This document shows positions 28,774-38,385 of a DNA stretch of 64,000 nt, piece after piece. The notes beneath the pieces were generated by a model. The model ran no database searches. It was not told the DNA's origin and was given only the letters and a program-made list of their open reading frames with translations. A program made the position numbers and the translations under genes. The stretch's first letter is position 1. Each line of letters begins with the position of its first letter. This DNA comes from Candidatus Bathyarchaeota archaeon (GTDB lineage: Archaea > Thermoproteota > Bathyarchaeia > Bathyarchaeales > Bathycorpusculaceae), in assembly GCA_963733095.1 (NCBI GenBank), contig CAVTBV010000013.1, positions 224,001 through 288,000 of the forward strand. The letters are read 5' to 3'.

Positions 28774-29664
28774 ATGTCGGGCAAAGAATTTTTCACAGAC
28801 CGCTACAAACGGTTGGGTTGGCAATATCAAGAGGTGACGTTAAAGCAAGCTATCCGCGTCAACAACACCAACGCGAAAGGAAAAAAACTCTTACAAAGGC
28901 TCTCAGACTTAGGTGTTCACCTACAAAAAATCCCTTTCCTCGAATCAGGCTACTGGGTGATGGACTCCAAAGTTTCCGCTGGCGCAACCGCCGAATACCT
29001 GCTCGGGTTGTATTCAATTCAGGAAGCAGCAGCCCAAATCCCTGTCTCCGTTTTCACTCATCTAAAGGGCAAAAAAGTGCTTGATGTAGCTGCGGCTCCA
29101 GGCGGCAAAACTGTGCATTTGGCTGATTTGATGGAGAACACGGGAGCAATTGTGGCTTTGGATGTAGATAAGTGGCGGTTGAATGCGTTAGTTAACCATT
29201 TGGAACGCTGCCGCGTTAGCAACGCGCTGGTTTACATGTTGGATGCGCGGCAAGTTTCCACGTTAAACATAAATTTTGACAAGATATTAGTCGATGCGCC
29301 TTGCTCAGGAAATTTCGCGGCAGACAAAAACTGGTTCTCAAATCGAACCCTAAAAGACGTGGAGCGCAATGCTGGTTTGCAGCGGGAAATTTTAACAAAA
29401 GCAGCTGAATGCCTCAGCGACGATTGTGAAATGGTTTACTCCACCTGTTCGCTTGAACCTGAAGAGAACGAATTGAATATGGACTGGGCAGTAAAAAACC
29501 TCAACCTCCAAATTGAAGAAATATACTGTGAAGGCGAAAAGGGTTTAACCAACATTTTCGGCAAACAGCTAGACCCGTCGATTAAGCATTGCAGGCGTCT
29601 ATGGCCTGGTGAAACGCAGGGCTTCTTTGTTTGTAAACTGAAAAAACGGAGTCAAAAACCATGA
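28774..29664 (+). CDS. RsmB/NOP2 family RNA cytosine-C5 methyltransferase
   Basis: IQEAAA, LDVAAAPGGKT, ILVDAPCSG, VYSTCSLEPEENE, QGFFVC. Confidence 0.93.
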   Translation: MSGKEFFTDRYKRLGWQYQEVTLKQAIRVNNTNAKGKKLLQRLSDLGVHLQKIPFLESGYWVMDSKVSAGATAEYLLGLYSIQEAAAQIPVSVFTHLKGKKVLDVAAAPGGKTVHLADLMENTGAIVALDVDKWRLNALVNHLERCRVSNALVYMLDARQVSTLNINFDKILVDAPCSGNFAADKNWFSNRTLKDVERNAGLQREILTKAAECLSDDCEMVYSTCSLEPEENELNMDWAVKNLNLQIEEIYCEGEKGLTNIFGKQLDPSIKHCRRLWPGETQGFFVCKLKKRSQKP

Positions 29665-30134
29665 ACACAAGGGCAATAACAGATTTTGCCTCCCAATTCG
29701 GGGTACAAATCGCTTTAAATTTGGATTTAATGGTTGAGAACGCTGGGCGTTTTTACCTTGTAAATCCTACTCTGAAACCCTTAGTTCGGCAGGCTTTCTT
29801 TTCCGCTGGAGTTTATTTGGGGAAAGCTAAGGAGGGAAAGTTCTTTCCAAGTTTTTACTTGCTTGGGATGCTTGCGAAAAAAGAGGCTTATCGAATTATC
29901 TTGGATAGGAAGGCAGCTTGGCTTTTTATCTGTGGCAGGGATGTTTTGAGGAAAAGTATTGTGCGTGTTCAGGGTCCAGGCAAGAAGGATACGAATACTT
30001 TGATGTTCAACGAGTTTGGCGAATGTTTAGGTTTTGGTAGAATTGTTGAAAACCTGCGCGATTCCGTTGTTGGTAATGAAATTGTGGTTAGAAACGTGTT
30101 GGATATCGGTGATTATCTGCGCAGAGAGCGATAA
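29661..30134 (+). CDS. NIP7-like ribosome biogenesis protein (PUA domain)
   Basis: SAGVYLG, FFPS, AWLFICGRDV, ECLGFG, DIGDYLRRE; coupled to the NOP2 homolog. Confidence 0.8.
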   Translation: MNTRAITDFASQFGVQIALNLDLMVENAGRFYLVNPTLKPLVRQAFFSAGVYLGKAKEGKFFPSFYLLGMLAKKEAYRIILDRKAAWLFICGRDVLRKSIVRVQGPGKKDTNTLMFNEFGECLGFGRIVENLRDSVVGNEIVVRNVLDIGDYLRRER

Positions 30135-30302
30135 TGGTGAAATTTGGTTATTTGACTAGTTAACTGGTGTTTTTCAACATTTTTTTACAGTGCATAAAGC
30201 AAGTAGTTGTTCGGACATTATTTCAGTGATTTGTGTACTTACTGGACATTTATCTATAATTGCGGAGCGATAAATTTATATATGTTTACGTTTAATCTGA
30301 TT

Positions 30303-30317
30303 TCCATAACATATGGA
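30303..30317. promoter_or_regulatory. Inverted repeat TCCATA-ACA-TATGGA at the glnA transcription start
   Basis: Perfect 6-bp arms about 20-35 nt downstream of TATA TTTATATA (~30275). Confidence 0.4.
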
Positions 30318-30353
30318 GACTAAAGCCAAGCCTCACAAGGAGAAAAATAGAAA

Positions 30354-31718
30354 ATGAAAAATTTCAAAAACCCCGTGTGGAAAGAAGCAGTATCCAAAGT
30401 CATCCAACAAATTCAAGAGCAAGAAATAAAATTTGTTAGACTACAATTCACCGACATAAACGGTATGCTAAAGAACATAGCTGTCAGCTCAAAAAACATG
30501 GAAAGCATCTTTGAAAACGGCCAATCCTTCGACGGATCCTCAATTACCGGTTACCGGCCAATCGAAGAATCAGACATGGTTCTCTTCCCAGACCCATCTA
30601 CCTTTGCAGTTTTACCCTGGAGGCCAAAAGAGAAATCTTCATGCAGACTGCTCTGCGACATTTACACTCCACAGAACAAACGTTTTGAAGGCGACCCGCG
30701 TTATGTCCTTGAAAGAACAATAGAAAAAGCGGCCAAAGCAGGTTACACTTTCATCTGCGCTCCGGAACTAGAGTTCTTCATAGTAAAAGAAAGCGAAACA
30801 GGCGGCCTACCAACACCCATCGACTTAGCAGGTTACTTTGATTTTCACCCAAGCGACCTAACAGACGACTTACGACGCGAAATTGCAGATACTGCTGAAG
30901 CTTTCGGCATAGAAATAGAGCTCAGCCACCACGAAGTCGCATTAGGACAGAACGAAATTGACTTCAAATACGGTGAAGCCCTCGAAACAGCCGACCGCGC
31001 AATAACAATGAAGATGTGCGGCAAAGTTGTGGCTGCACGCGCAGGCTACGTCACTACCTACATGCCTAAACCATTCCAAGGAATCAACGGCAGCGGCATG
31101 CACGTTCACCAAAGCTTATGGAACAAAGACGTAACTCAAAACATGTTCTACTCAGACGACACCAAAAACGGTTACCTCTCAGACATCGCCCGAAACTTCA
31201 TCGGCGGACAACTCGCCCACGGACGAAAGATGGCGGCGATCCTTGACTCATGGCCAAACAGCTACAAACGCTTAGTTCCTGGATACGAAGCCCCAGTCTA
31301 CCTCGCTTGGGCACACAAAAACCGCAGCCCGCTCATCCGCGTGCCCAACTTCGGAGGAAGAAAAGGCGCAGCTAGATGCGAAATCCGCTGTCCAGACGGC
31401 GCAGGAAACCCATACTTACAATTCGCAGTGCTCTTGGCAACAGGTTTAGATGGAATCAAGAATAAGATTGATCCAGGCGATCCAATTGAACTAAACGTAT
31501 ACCACATGACCTACGACGAACGCAAAGCACGCGGCATCGTTTCACTACCCGAATCACTCAAAGAATCACTCGACGAACTCGAAACCAGCGAACTAATGCG
31601 CGAAACACTCGGACAAACAGCCTTTGAGAACTTCCTCAAAGAAAAACGCAACGAATGGGACCTATACCGCACCCAAGTCACCGAGTGGGAAGTTAACCGG
31701 TACATCAAGCGACTCTAA
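30354..31718 (+). CDS. glnA: Glutamine synthetase type I
   Basis: LQFTDING, FDGSSI, APELEFF, HHEVA, MPKPFQGINGSGMHVHQSL, NSYKRLVPGYEAP, NRSPLIRVP, EIRCPD. Confidence 0.97.
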   Translation: MKNFKNPVWKEAVSKVIQQIQEQEIKFVRLQFTDINGMLKNIAVSSKNMESIFENGQSFDGSSITGYRPIEESDMVLFPDPSTFAVLPWRPKEKSSCRLLCDIYTPQNKRFEGDPRYVLERTIEKAAKAGYTFICAPELEFFIVKESETGGLPTPIDLAGYFDFHPSDLTDDLRREIADTAEAFGIEIELSHHEVALGQNEIDFKYGEALETADRAITMKMCGKVVAARAGYVTTYMPKPFQGINGSGMHVHQSLWNKDVTQNMFYSDDTKNGYLSDIARNFIGGQLAHGRKMAAILDSWPNSYKRLVPGYEAPVYLAWAHKNRSPLIRVPNFGGRKGAARCEIRCPDGAGNPYLQFAVLLATGLDGIKNKIDPGDPIELNVYHMTYDERKARGIVSLPESLKESLDELETSELMRETLGQTAFENFLKEKRNEWDLYRTQVTEWEVNRYIKRL

Positions 31719-31722
31719 ACCC

Positions 31723-31743
31723 AAAAAAGCCTCTTTTGAGGCT
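31723..31743. terminator. Hairpin terminator between convergent glnA and hisS
   Basis: AGCCTC-TTTT-GAGGCT with an adjacent A-run (U-tract on the minus strand). Confidence 0.6.
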
Positions 31744-31759
31744 CAAACTTATATTCTTT

Positions 31760-33034
31760 TTAGTTCTTGATTTTTTCAATTAGTTTATCGATTGAAATTA
31801 TGCTTTGCTGTCGATTAGCTAAATCCTTGAGTACCACTGCGTCTTCTTTCAGCTCTCGCTCACCAACGATAACTGCGAAATCTACTTTGCGTTTGTCCGC
31901 ATCTTCGAGGGCTTTCGCGATTTTTCTTCCCATAACCTCAAACTCTACAGTAACCCCACCAGCGCGCAAACGCTGCGTAATCTTGAGTGCTTCAGACTTC
32001 ATTGCTTCTGTGACGGGTAAGACTGCAACTTTTCTCTCCGTCCTTGCCCCGAGGGCTGTTTTCTGCGTTTGCAGGGCAATGGCGACGCGGTCGATTCCAT
32101 GGGCGCAGCCGACTGCAGGTGTAGGTTCACCGCCGAAGGTTTCGATGAGCTTGTCGTATCTTCCACCGCCACCCAAAGCAATGTCTAAGCCGGGCATGTA
32201 GATTTCAAAAATCATTCCAGTGTAGTACTCTAAGCCTCGGGCAAACGCAGGTTCAACTGCAAGAGTTAGGTCGGCACTTTCCGTTACGAGTTTGAGAATT
32301 TCCGTTAAGTTTTCCACTGCCACCCTTGCTTTTTCGTAGCCTGTAAGGTAGCTTTGAAGTTGCTCAACTACGTCAAGCCAATCGTTGCCCCTTATGGCGA
32401 TTAACCCTTCTAACATGTCTCGACATTTTTTGGATTCCACAAGTTTGAGTGCGGCATCGTACTCTTTTTTGTCCATGCGCTGCAGCACAGCGTTTTGGGT
32501 TTTCTCGTCCACGCCATCTTGGCTTAGAATCCCGCGAATCACGCCTATGTGACCGATTTTGAATGAGTAACCATGCAGTCCCAACGACTTCATCAAATTA
32601 TTTGTCAATAAAACCACTTCGGCATCTGCCTCGGGTTTGGCGGAGCCCATCAGTTCAAAGTTTGATTGCCAAAACTCTCGGTAGCGTCCACGCTGAGGCT
32701 CATCGTAACGGTAAACAGTGCCTACAGAGAACATGCGTAGCGGCTTTGGCTCATTCTTAAGAGAAGTTGTAGCTAACCGCGCGATTGATGCGGTAAACTC
32801 GGGGCGTAGCGCCACTTGACGCTCACCCAAGTCTTTGAATATGAACATGCGCTGCCGAATTTCCTCCCCCGACTTGGCGCTTAAAAGTTCCAGCGGTTCA
32901 ACGTGGGGTGTTATGACTTCTTTGTAGCCGTAAAGCGCTGCGTTTTCTCTTGCTTTACTTATGATGAAGGTGAAGGTTTGGGCTTCTTCGCCGACTAAGT
33001 CTCTCATTCCGCGTACGGGTTGGAAAGCTGGCAT
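31760..33034 (-). CDS. hisS: Histidine--tRNA ligase
   Basis: RGMRD, LRPEFTASIAR, YRYDEPQRGRYREFWQ, RGLEYYTG, GGGGRYD, GIDR; ATG33034 (track 33067). Confidence 0.97.
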   Translation of the reverse strand: MPAFQPVRGMRDLVGEEAQTFTFIISKARENAALYGYKEVITPHVEPLELLSAKSGEEIRQRMFIFKDLGERQVALRPEFTASIARLATTSLKNEPKPLRMFSVGTVYRYDEPQRGRYREFWQSNFELMGSAKPEADAEVVLLTNNLMKSLGLHGYSFKIGHIGVIRGILSQDGVDEKTQNAVLQRMDKKEYDAALKLVESKKCRDMLEGLIAIRGNDWLDVVEQLQSYLTGYEKARVAVENLTEILKLVTESADLTLAVEPAFARGLEYYTGMIFEIYMPGLDIALGGGGRYDKLIETFGGEPTPAVGCAHGIDRVAIALQTQKTALGARTERKVAVLPVTEAMKSEALKITQRLRAGGVTVEFEVMGRKIAKALEDADKRKVDFAVIVGERELKEDAVVLKDLANRQQSIISIDKLIEKIKN

Positions 33035-33196
33035 GCATTTAGCTCCTAAACAAGCTAAATGGTGCAATTATTCTATTAAACTCTCGCTCACCGAGAATCG
33101 GCATATTTGGATCCTATTAGTGGATCTATGTTGAAACGATAGTGGTAGGCGGGGGAATTTTTTTAATTCAAGTGTGTTTAAATTGAGCAGTAATGT

Positions 33197-34000
33197 TTAG
33201 GGTTTGCATGCTTCAACTTCAAGGCGCATCATGCCTAAGTGGACGATTCCGTCGGTGTCGGCTGGGTGGTTTTTGAGGTATCTGCCAGCGATTTCTTTAA
33301 CGAACAAATCCCGTTTTTCCAAGGGTAGCTTTTCCGTGTAGGGTAGCCACGTGGTTCTTATCCACCCCGCCAACCCTTCTTCGCCAGCATGTTTCATGTC
33401 TCTGGGAAAAAGCTCTACCCGTACCGGCTTCAAACCAGCCGCAGCAAGAAAAGCGGAGTATTCTTTTGTATCGAAAAATCCGTAGGGAAACTTTAAGCTG
33501 TCAAAATATTGTTTCCATGGGATTTCGGTTAGTAGGTCGCTTAGGATGATGATGATGTCTTGAGCGTTGCCCCTTCCCGCCATCTGAACGATGAGTCGAC
33601 CTTTAGGTTTTAGGCTCCTGCGCACGCCTTCCAAGACGGGTTTCTGGTCAACAATCCAATGCAACGCAGCATTAGAAAAAACTATGTCAAATTCTTCTCT
33701 AAATGTGAGGTTTCGAGCATCCATCCCTTGGAAGCTTAAGTTTGGATAATCTTCAGTTGAAAAAGTGTTTTTTGCCAACTTTATCATTTGAGCGGAGGAA
33801 TCTACGCCGACTGCTCTGCCCTTTGTCAGGCACTTTGCAAGTCCAGCGGTGATTTTGCCGTCGCCACATCCAATGTCTAGTAGAGCTTCATTTTCTTGCA
33901 ATTTTAACTTGGGTATAAGTTCTTTTGCCCATTGAAACTGGTTCTGGGAGTTTCTAGCGTAATCTTTTGCATCCCACGAGTAGTTCTTGGGTTTACTCAT
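33197..34000 (-). CDS. Class I SAM-dependent methyltransferase (trans-aconitate MTase-like)
   Basis: WDAKDY, LLDIGCGDG, GVDSSAQMI, FDIVFSNAALHW. Confidence 0.9.
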   Translation of the reverse strand: MSKPKNYSWDAKDYARNSQNQFQWAKELIPKLKLQENEALLDIGCGDGKITAGLAKCLTKGRAVGVDSSAQMIKLAKNTFSTEDYPNLSFQGMDARNLTFREEFDIVFSNAALHWIVDQKPVLEGVRRSLKPKGRLIVQMAGRGNAQDIIIILSDLLTEIPWKQYFDSLKFPYGFFDTKEYSAFLAAAGLKPVRVELFPRDMKHAGEEGLAGWIRTTWLPYTEKLPLEKRDLFVKEIAGRYLKNHPADTDGIVHLGMMRLEVEACKP

Positions 34001-34571
34001 CTTCGTCTTGGTCATTCCCGATTTTGTTGAAGCTCAATGGAGAAACTGAGTAATGTACCACTTCGCCCCGCCGGTTTGTGACGGCTAGAATTAGTTCCTT
34101 TTTTTGACTGGTGCATTTGGTTAACGCGTCGGCAAGGTCGTTTACTGGGAGGGGTCTGCCTTCTTGTGTAACCATGATTAGGTAGGGTGCGGTGTCTTTA
34201 CCGTAGGTGCCCCGTTCGTAGATTCGGAAGTCTATTCCGCCGCCGAAGCCTTCTCTGACTACATAGCCTCGGCTTCTGAGGTCCCGGTAAACGAGATAGT
34301 TGACCCATGCGTTGTCATTTTTTGCTTCATAGCAGTGTAGAAGATTCTGGAAATCGATAGCTTTGCCTTTGGGGTCTTTGATTTCAAGCATACCCTTGTC
34401 CAAAAGGTACAGCGACTCGTAGAAAGTAAGGGTGAAGACTTTGTTTTCTAGTGTTCCGTAGCCACGGGAAGAGAGTGCATCAATGTTACTTTGCTCTGAA
34501 ACGATGACGCCTTTGTTTGCGAGAACGCCGCTGGTTCGAAACTCCACTAGAGCTTTTTTGTTTTCACTCAT
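33993..34571 (-). CDS. endA: tRNA-splicing endonuclease subunit, probably the structural (non-catalytic) subunit
   Basis: YESLYLL, YLVYRDLRSRGYVVREG, DFRIY, KKELILAV; lacks the GxKFG and catalytic His motifs. Confidence 0.85.
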   Translation of the reverse strand: MSENKKALVEFRTSGVLANKGVIVSEQSNIDALSSRGYGTLENKVFTLTFYESLYLLDKGMLEIKDPKGKAIDFQNLLHCYEAKNDNAWVNYLVYRDLRSRGYVVREGFGGGIDFRIYERGTYGKDTAPYLIMVTQEGRPLPVNDLADALTKCTSQKKELILAVTNRRGEVVHYSVSPLSFNKIGNDQDEDE

Positions 34572-34597
34572 CCCGTAACCACATCTTCCTGTTGATA

Positions 34598-35626
34598 CTA
34601 TAATTTTCCTTTTCTGAATTGGCCAAAATCTTTGGCGTAGATGACCCGATCTTCGGTGATGATTGCTGTGACGTATTTTAGCGGTGTCGGGTCGAAGGCA
34701 GGGTTCATGACGTTGACGCCGTTAGGAGCAATTTGTACGCCTCCAACGTGGGTAACTTCCTCGGGCTTTCTTTCCTCTATCTCGACATCGGCGGCTTTTC
34801 GGGTTAAGTCAAAGGTTGATTTCGGCGCGGCAACGTAGAAAGGAATTTTGTGTTCATGTGCTAGAACTGCGACGCTGTATGTGCCGATTTTATTAAACAC
34901 AGCATCTTGCACGATACGGTCAGCACCTACAATCACCAAGTTTATTTGGCCTTTGCTCATAACGTAGCCCGCCATGTTGTCGGTAATTAGGGTAACTGGG
35001 ATGCCATCGCGTTTAAGCTCGTAGGTTGTGAGTCTTGCACCTTGCAGAAGGGGTCTTGTTTCGTCGGCGATGACTTTGATTTTTTTGCCTTCTTCCCAAG
35101 CTGCACGGACCACACCTAAGGCGGTTCCGTATTCGACGGTTGCGAGTTCGCCTGCGTTGCAGTGGGTTAAGATTGTGTCGCCGTCTTTGATGAGGACTGA
35201 GCCGTTCTTGCCGATTGCGTGGTTTTGTGCGGCGTCTTCGTCGGCGATTGCCTGTGCTTCCGAAATGACGGCTGCCTTGATTTCGTCTACGCCTCCTGAA
35301 ACGCTCTTCGCTTTGGTAAGAACGCGGTCAACACCCCAGAACAGGTTCACTGCGGTGGGTCTTTGGCGTTTGATAATGGTTCCGGCAGTTTTCAGTTCAG
35401 CCAAAAATTTATCTTTGGTTTTTGCATTTGAGTGGTAAGCTGCCAATGCCACACCGAAACCTGCGGCTGCACCCAAAAGTGGAGCGCCTCGGACGCGTAG
35501 GACTTTTATGGCTTCTGCCATTTGGTCGACCGTTTTGATCTCTAAGGTGACTTCTTGGAGGGGAAGTTTGGTTTGGTCGGGTGTTATGACTGAGCCGTTT
35601 TGCCACTTAATCATCCGCATATGCAT
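34598..35626 (-). CDS. mtnA: S-methyl-5-thioribose-1-phosphate isomerase (eIF-2B-related family)
   Basis: DQTKLP, VRGAP, RPTAVNL, LTHCNAG.LAT..YGTALG, ETRPLLQGARLT, NKIGTY, NPAFD. Confidence 0.92.
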   Translation of the reverse strand: MHMRMIKWQNGSVITPDQTKLPLQEVTLEIKTVDQMAEAIKVLRVRGAPLLGAAAGFGVALAAYHSNAKTKDKFLAELKTAGTIIKRQRPTAVNLFWGVDRVLTKAKSVSGGVDEIKAAVISEAQAIADEDAAQNHAIGKNGSVLIKDGDTILTHCNAGELATVEYGTALGVVRAAWEEGKKIKVIADETRPLLQGARLTTYELKRDGIPVTLITDNMAGYVMSKGQINLVIVGADRIVQDAVFNKIGTYSVAVLAHEHKIPFYVAAPKSTFDLTRKAADVEIEERKPEEVTHVGGVQIAPNGVNVMNPAFDPTPLKYVTAIITEDRVIYAKDFGQFRKGKL

Positions 35627-35689
35627 GTCCTCAAACGTGACTGTAATACCGCTATTGTGCGGGCGGGTTATGTTAAAGATTTTCTATCC

Positions 35690-36091
35690 TCAATGCTTGA
35701 AACGTTGCACTAAATCGAGGAGGTTGCCGTAGAGGTCCTCTAAAACCACATCGACACCCCATGATTGCACCTCGGGTTTTCCATAGAACTTTATGCCTTT
35801 TGCCTTGAGTGCTTTGTATTCTTTTCTGCAATCATCGGTCTCTAGTGTGAGGAAAACGTGGTCGCCTGCTTGCCTTCCTACTGCTTTGCGTTTTTCTTCG
35901 GTTGCAGCCACCACAAACGTTAGCGATAGGTCCGGTTGGTCTTTTGGCGAGACTGTGACCCATCTCATTTTTTCTGCGATGACGACGTCTTGGCGTTTTT
36001 GGAATCCGAGTTTTTCGGTGTAAAATTTTAGGGCTTCATCTTGGTCTTTGACTAGGAGGGTTATGTGGCCTATTTTGTTCATTGTCTTCAC
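35690..36091 (-). CDS. VOC/glyoxalase family protein
   Basis: ITLLVKDQDEALKFYTEKLGF, RWVTV, WG...EDLYGN. Confidence 0.9.
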   Translation of the reverse strand: MKTMNKIGHITLLVKDQDEALKFYTEKLGFQKRQDVVIAEKMRWVTVSPKDQPDLSLTFVVAATEEKRKAVGRQAGDHVFLTLETDDCRKEYKALKAKGIKFYGKPEVQSWGVDVVLEDLYGNLLDLVQRFKH

Positions 36092-36133
36092 TTACTTTTG
36101 TTAACAAAATGGAAAAGAATGCTTAAGTTTTGC

Positions 36134-36886
36134 TTAGGGGGAAGTGTCGAATGGGGATTTTAGGTGGGTAACGACTTCGACTGGGCTGTCTGCGCCTGAT
36201 TTTAGGCGTTTTTTCCATTCTTCGCCGACGGCGATGAGTGAGAATATCCCTGAAACCTCAGCTTTAGACTTTTTCACAAGGTTCACTAGCGCTTCTTGGG
36301 TTTCGCCGCTCTTAATCATGTCATCTACTACCAGCACCGAGTCACGTTTTTTGATGGATTCTTTGGGAATGTACATGGTGACTGTGACGCCTGAGTCTCT
36401 TCCGAGAATGTAGGTTTCTTCAAGGAAGGCTTTGACGCCGACTTCTTTGTTGCGTTTTGCGACGATGAGGTTTACACCTAGTGAGTTGGCGACCATGGTG
36501 GCTAGTGGGACGCCGTCGACTGCTGCCGTTAAAATCTTGGTTACACGTTTACCAGCGAAGTTGGCGAGCGCGTGGTTTGCGGCTTGCTGAAGGATGTTGT
36601 AGTCGCCGACTATTTCGGTGTTGTCAAAGTAGCCGATATCGTCAAATTTTATTCTGCTACGAAGTTCAGCTTCTAAGCCGACGAGTTTGGTGAGGACGCG
36701 CCAGAGTTGTTTGGCTCGTGTTGTGTTTGGCAGCACGTGGCCTTTGGCATAGCGGCTTAGTACGGTGACGGGTAACCCGGTTTTTGAGGCTAGTTCCCGA
36801 TAGGTGATGTTTCGTTTGTACTTTGCAGTACGTAAAAGTTCAATGGTCATTAAGCGAAGTTTCAAATCTTCTGCATGAGTGCTCAA
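36134..36886 (-). CDS. HTH plus phosphoribosyltransferase-domain protein (PurR-like PRPP-binding regulator)
   Basis: N-terminal HTH TYRELASKTGLPVTVLSRYAKGHVLP; PRPP motif VLVVDDMIKSGET. Confidence 0.88.
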   Translation of the reverse strand: MSTHAEDLKLRLMTIELLRTAKYKRNITYRELASKTGLPVTVLSRYAKGHVLPNTTRAKQLWRVLTKLVGLEAELRSRIKFDDIGYFDNTEIVGDYNILQQAANHALANFAGKRVTKILTAAVDGVPLATMVANSLGVNLIVAKRNKEVGVKAFLEETYILGRDSGVTVTMYIPKESIKKRDSVLVVDDMIKSGETQEALVNLVKKSKAEVSGIFSLIAVGEEWKKRLKSGADSPVEVVTHLKSPFDTSP

Positions 36887-37020
36887 TTTTTCCTTTAGCT
36901 CCCTGCCTTATACACATATGAATCAATATTAAATGTTTACTCATATTGTTGCTTGACAATTTATAACTTTCCATTAAAATTTAAGCCACACTTACGAAAG
37001 GACCTTGAACAACTTATATG

Positions 37021-37392
37021 TCAGGCTGAAAATTTTGCGAAGTACACAACATCGCTCTCTTTAAACGCCCTAAGAAGTTCACAGTGACGCAGGACCGCGA
37101 ATTCGCGCTCCATCTCATGGGGCGTCATGTTCAAGCAGCTTGTCAGTTCTTCTCGGCTAATTTTTCCCCGCTCAGAAACCGTGTCGTAAATCTTTTTTTG
37201 AAGCTCAGTCAAGCCTTCGGTGCCCGTCTGCCCCAGCTGTTTGCGAACCGTTAGGGTAGCTGAAACTGCGAGGGGGTCGCATACTTTGGGTGGATTCATA
37301 AGGTCAAAGCAGCAGTCTTCACACAAAACCTTGCCTTGGAACTGGTTAACTTGGTTTTCTTCAAGGTCTACTCCGCATTGTTCACACTTCAT
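37021..37392 (-). CDS. Hypothetical protein: N-terminal Zn finger plus C-terminal winged-helix
   Basis: MKCEQC...LCEDC...CDPLAV, then LTELQKKIYD...ISREEL...EREFAVLRHCELL; internal ATG preferred to track start 37452. Confidence 0.75.
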   Translation of the reverse strand: MKCEQCGVDLEENQVNQFQGKVLCEDCCFDLMNPPKVCDPLAVSATLTVRKQLGQTGTEGLTELQKKIYDTVSERGKISREELTSCLNMTPHEMEREFAVLRHCELLRAFKESDVVYFAKFSA

Positions 37393-37525
37393 GATTGTCC
37401 CTCGAGGCAGAAATAACCTTCCACGCTTATGTTTCTTTCGCAGGCATAACAACGGTTTTACTCTTGTAAAAATTAAGGTTTTTTAAATGGAACCGTAACT
37501 CCTATAGCTAAAAGGAGGACAGCCG

Positions 37526-38068
37526 ACGCAGAAACTTCAGCGACTATTCATAATTGCACTCTTCGGTTCAATAATCTTCGTAACCAATGTGTTTTTGCCC
37601 TCCCCACTAAACTACCTCATGATAATAGTCCAAGCTGTACTGCTCGCATTGAGTGCGCTTTTCATTCCAAAAGGGGGCGCCATGTACGTTGGCGCCGTCG
37701 GCGGACTCTTAACCGCGCTAGTCAGTCCCGCCCTAGGACCCTTTACATTCTTCTTCGCTTTCCTCTTCGGCGTCTTCGTAGACCTATTCCTCTTCATATT
37801 CAAAATCAAAGGCTCCCATCAAGGCGTAAACCGCAACCGACTAATCGCCGCCATGGCGCTAAGCACCCTACTCATCGCAGTCTCAAGCTACTCAGCCTTC
37901 GCCATATTCCCGCAGTACATAAACGGATTTTCCTACATCAGCCTGTTCGTCCAGAGAAGCACCATGCTCGACGCTCTAGTCCTGTTCATGGGGCCAGTTA
38001 CCGGCGGAGTTGCAGGCTATGCAGCATCCTATTTGTGGAACAAGTACCTGCGCCACATCAGCGTCTAA
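37526..38068 (+). CDS. Membrane protein, ECF transporter S-component-like
   Basis: 5-6 TM helices, GGAMYVGAVGGLL; the reading frame extends upstream of GTG37589 with a hydrophobic helix; ACG37526 lies 7 nt after GGAGG. Confidence 0.65.
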   Translation, partial: TQKLQRLFIIALFGSIIFVTNVFLPSPLNYLMIIVQAVLLALSALFIPKGGAMYVGAVGGLLTALVSPALGPFTFFFAFLFGVFVDLFLFIFKIKGSHQGVNRNRLIAAMALSTLLIAVSSYSAFAIFPQYINGFSYISLFVQRSTMLDALVLFMGPVTGGVAGYAASYLWNKYLRHISV

Positions 38069-38070
38069 AA

Positions 38071-38334
38071 TCACAAATCCCTGATTTTTTGATCAACCAA
38101 CTTGGCAACTATCAAACTAGAAATAAAAACACACCGAACCCCAAGCAGCTCGGCGAGTTCAGCGGGCTTCTGGTCCTGAGTTACCAAAACCAACTTGTGC
38201 TTACCAGCGTACTCTACCACGTCGCGGTCTTTAGCGCCCTTCAAACCACCCTCCTGTGCCGTCAAAACCTCGTAGCCTAACATCTCAAGGTACTCCTTTA
38301 AGCCAGTGTACATTTCGTCAAGCAGAATTTTCAT
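38071..38334 (-). CDS. DUF5615/Mut7-C PIN-like protein
   Basis: MKILLDEM...LEMLGYEV...GAKDRDV...LVTQD. Confidence 0.85.
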   Translation of the reverse strand: MKILLDEMYTGLKEYLEMLGYEVLTAQEGGLKGAKDRDVVEYAGKHKLVLVTQDQKPAELAELLGVRCVFISSLIVAKLVDQKIRDL

Positions 38335-38385
38335 GACTGTGAGTTGGTGACTAAATTATTTAGCCTTTACCTGAACTGCAACTGC

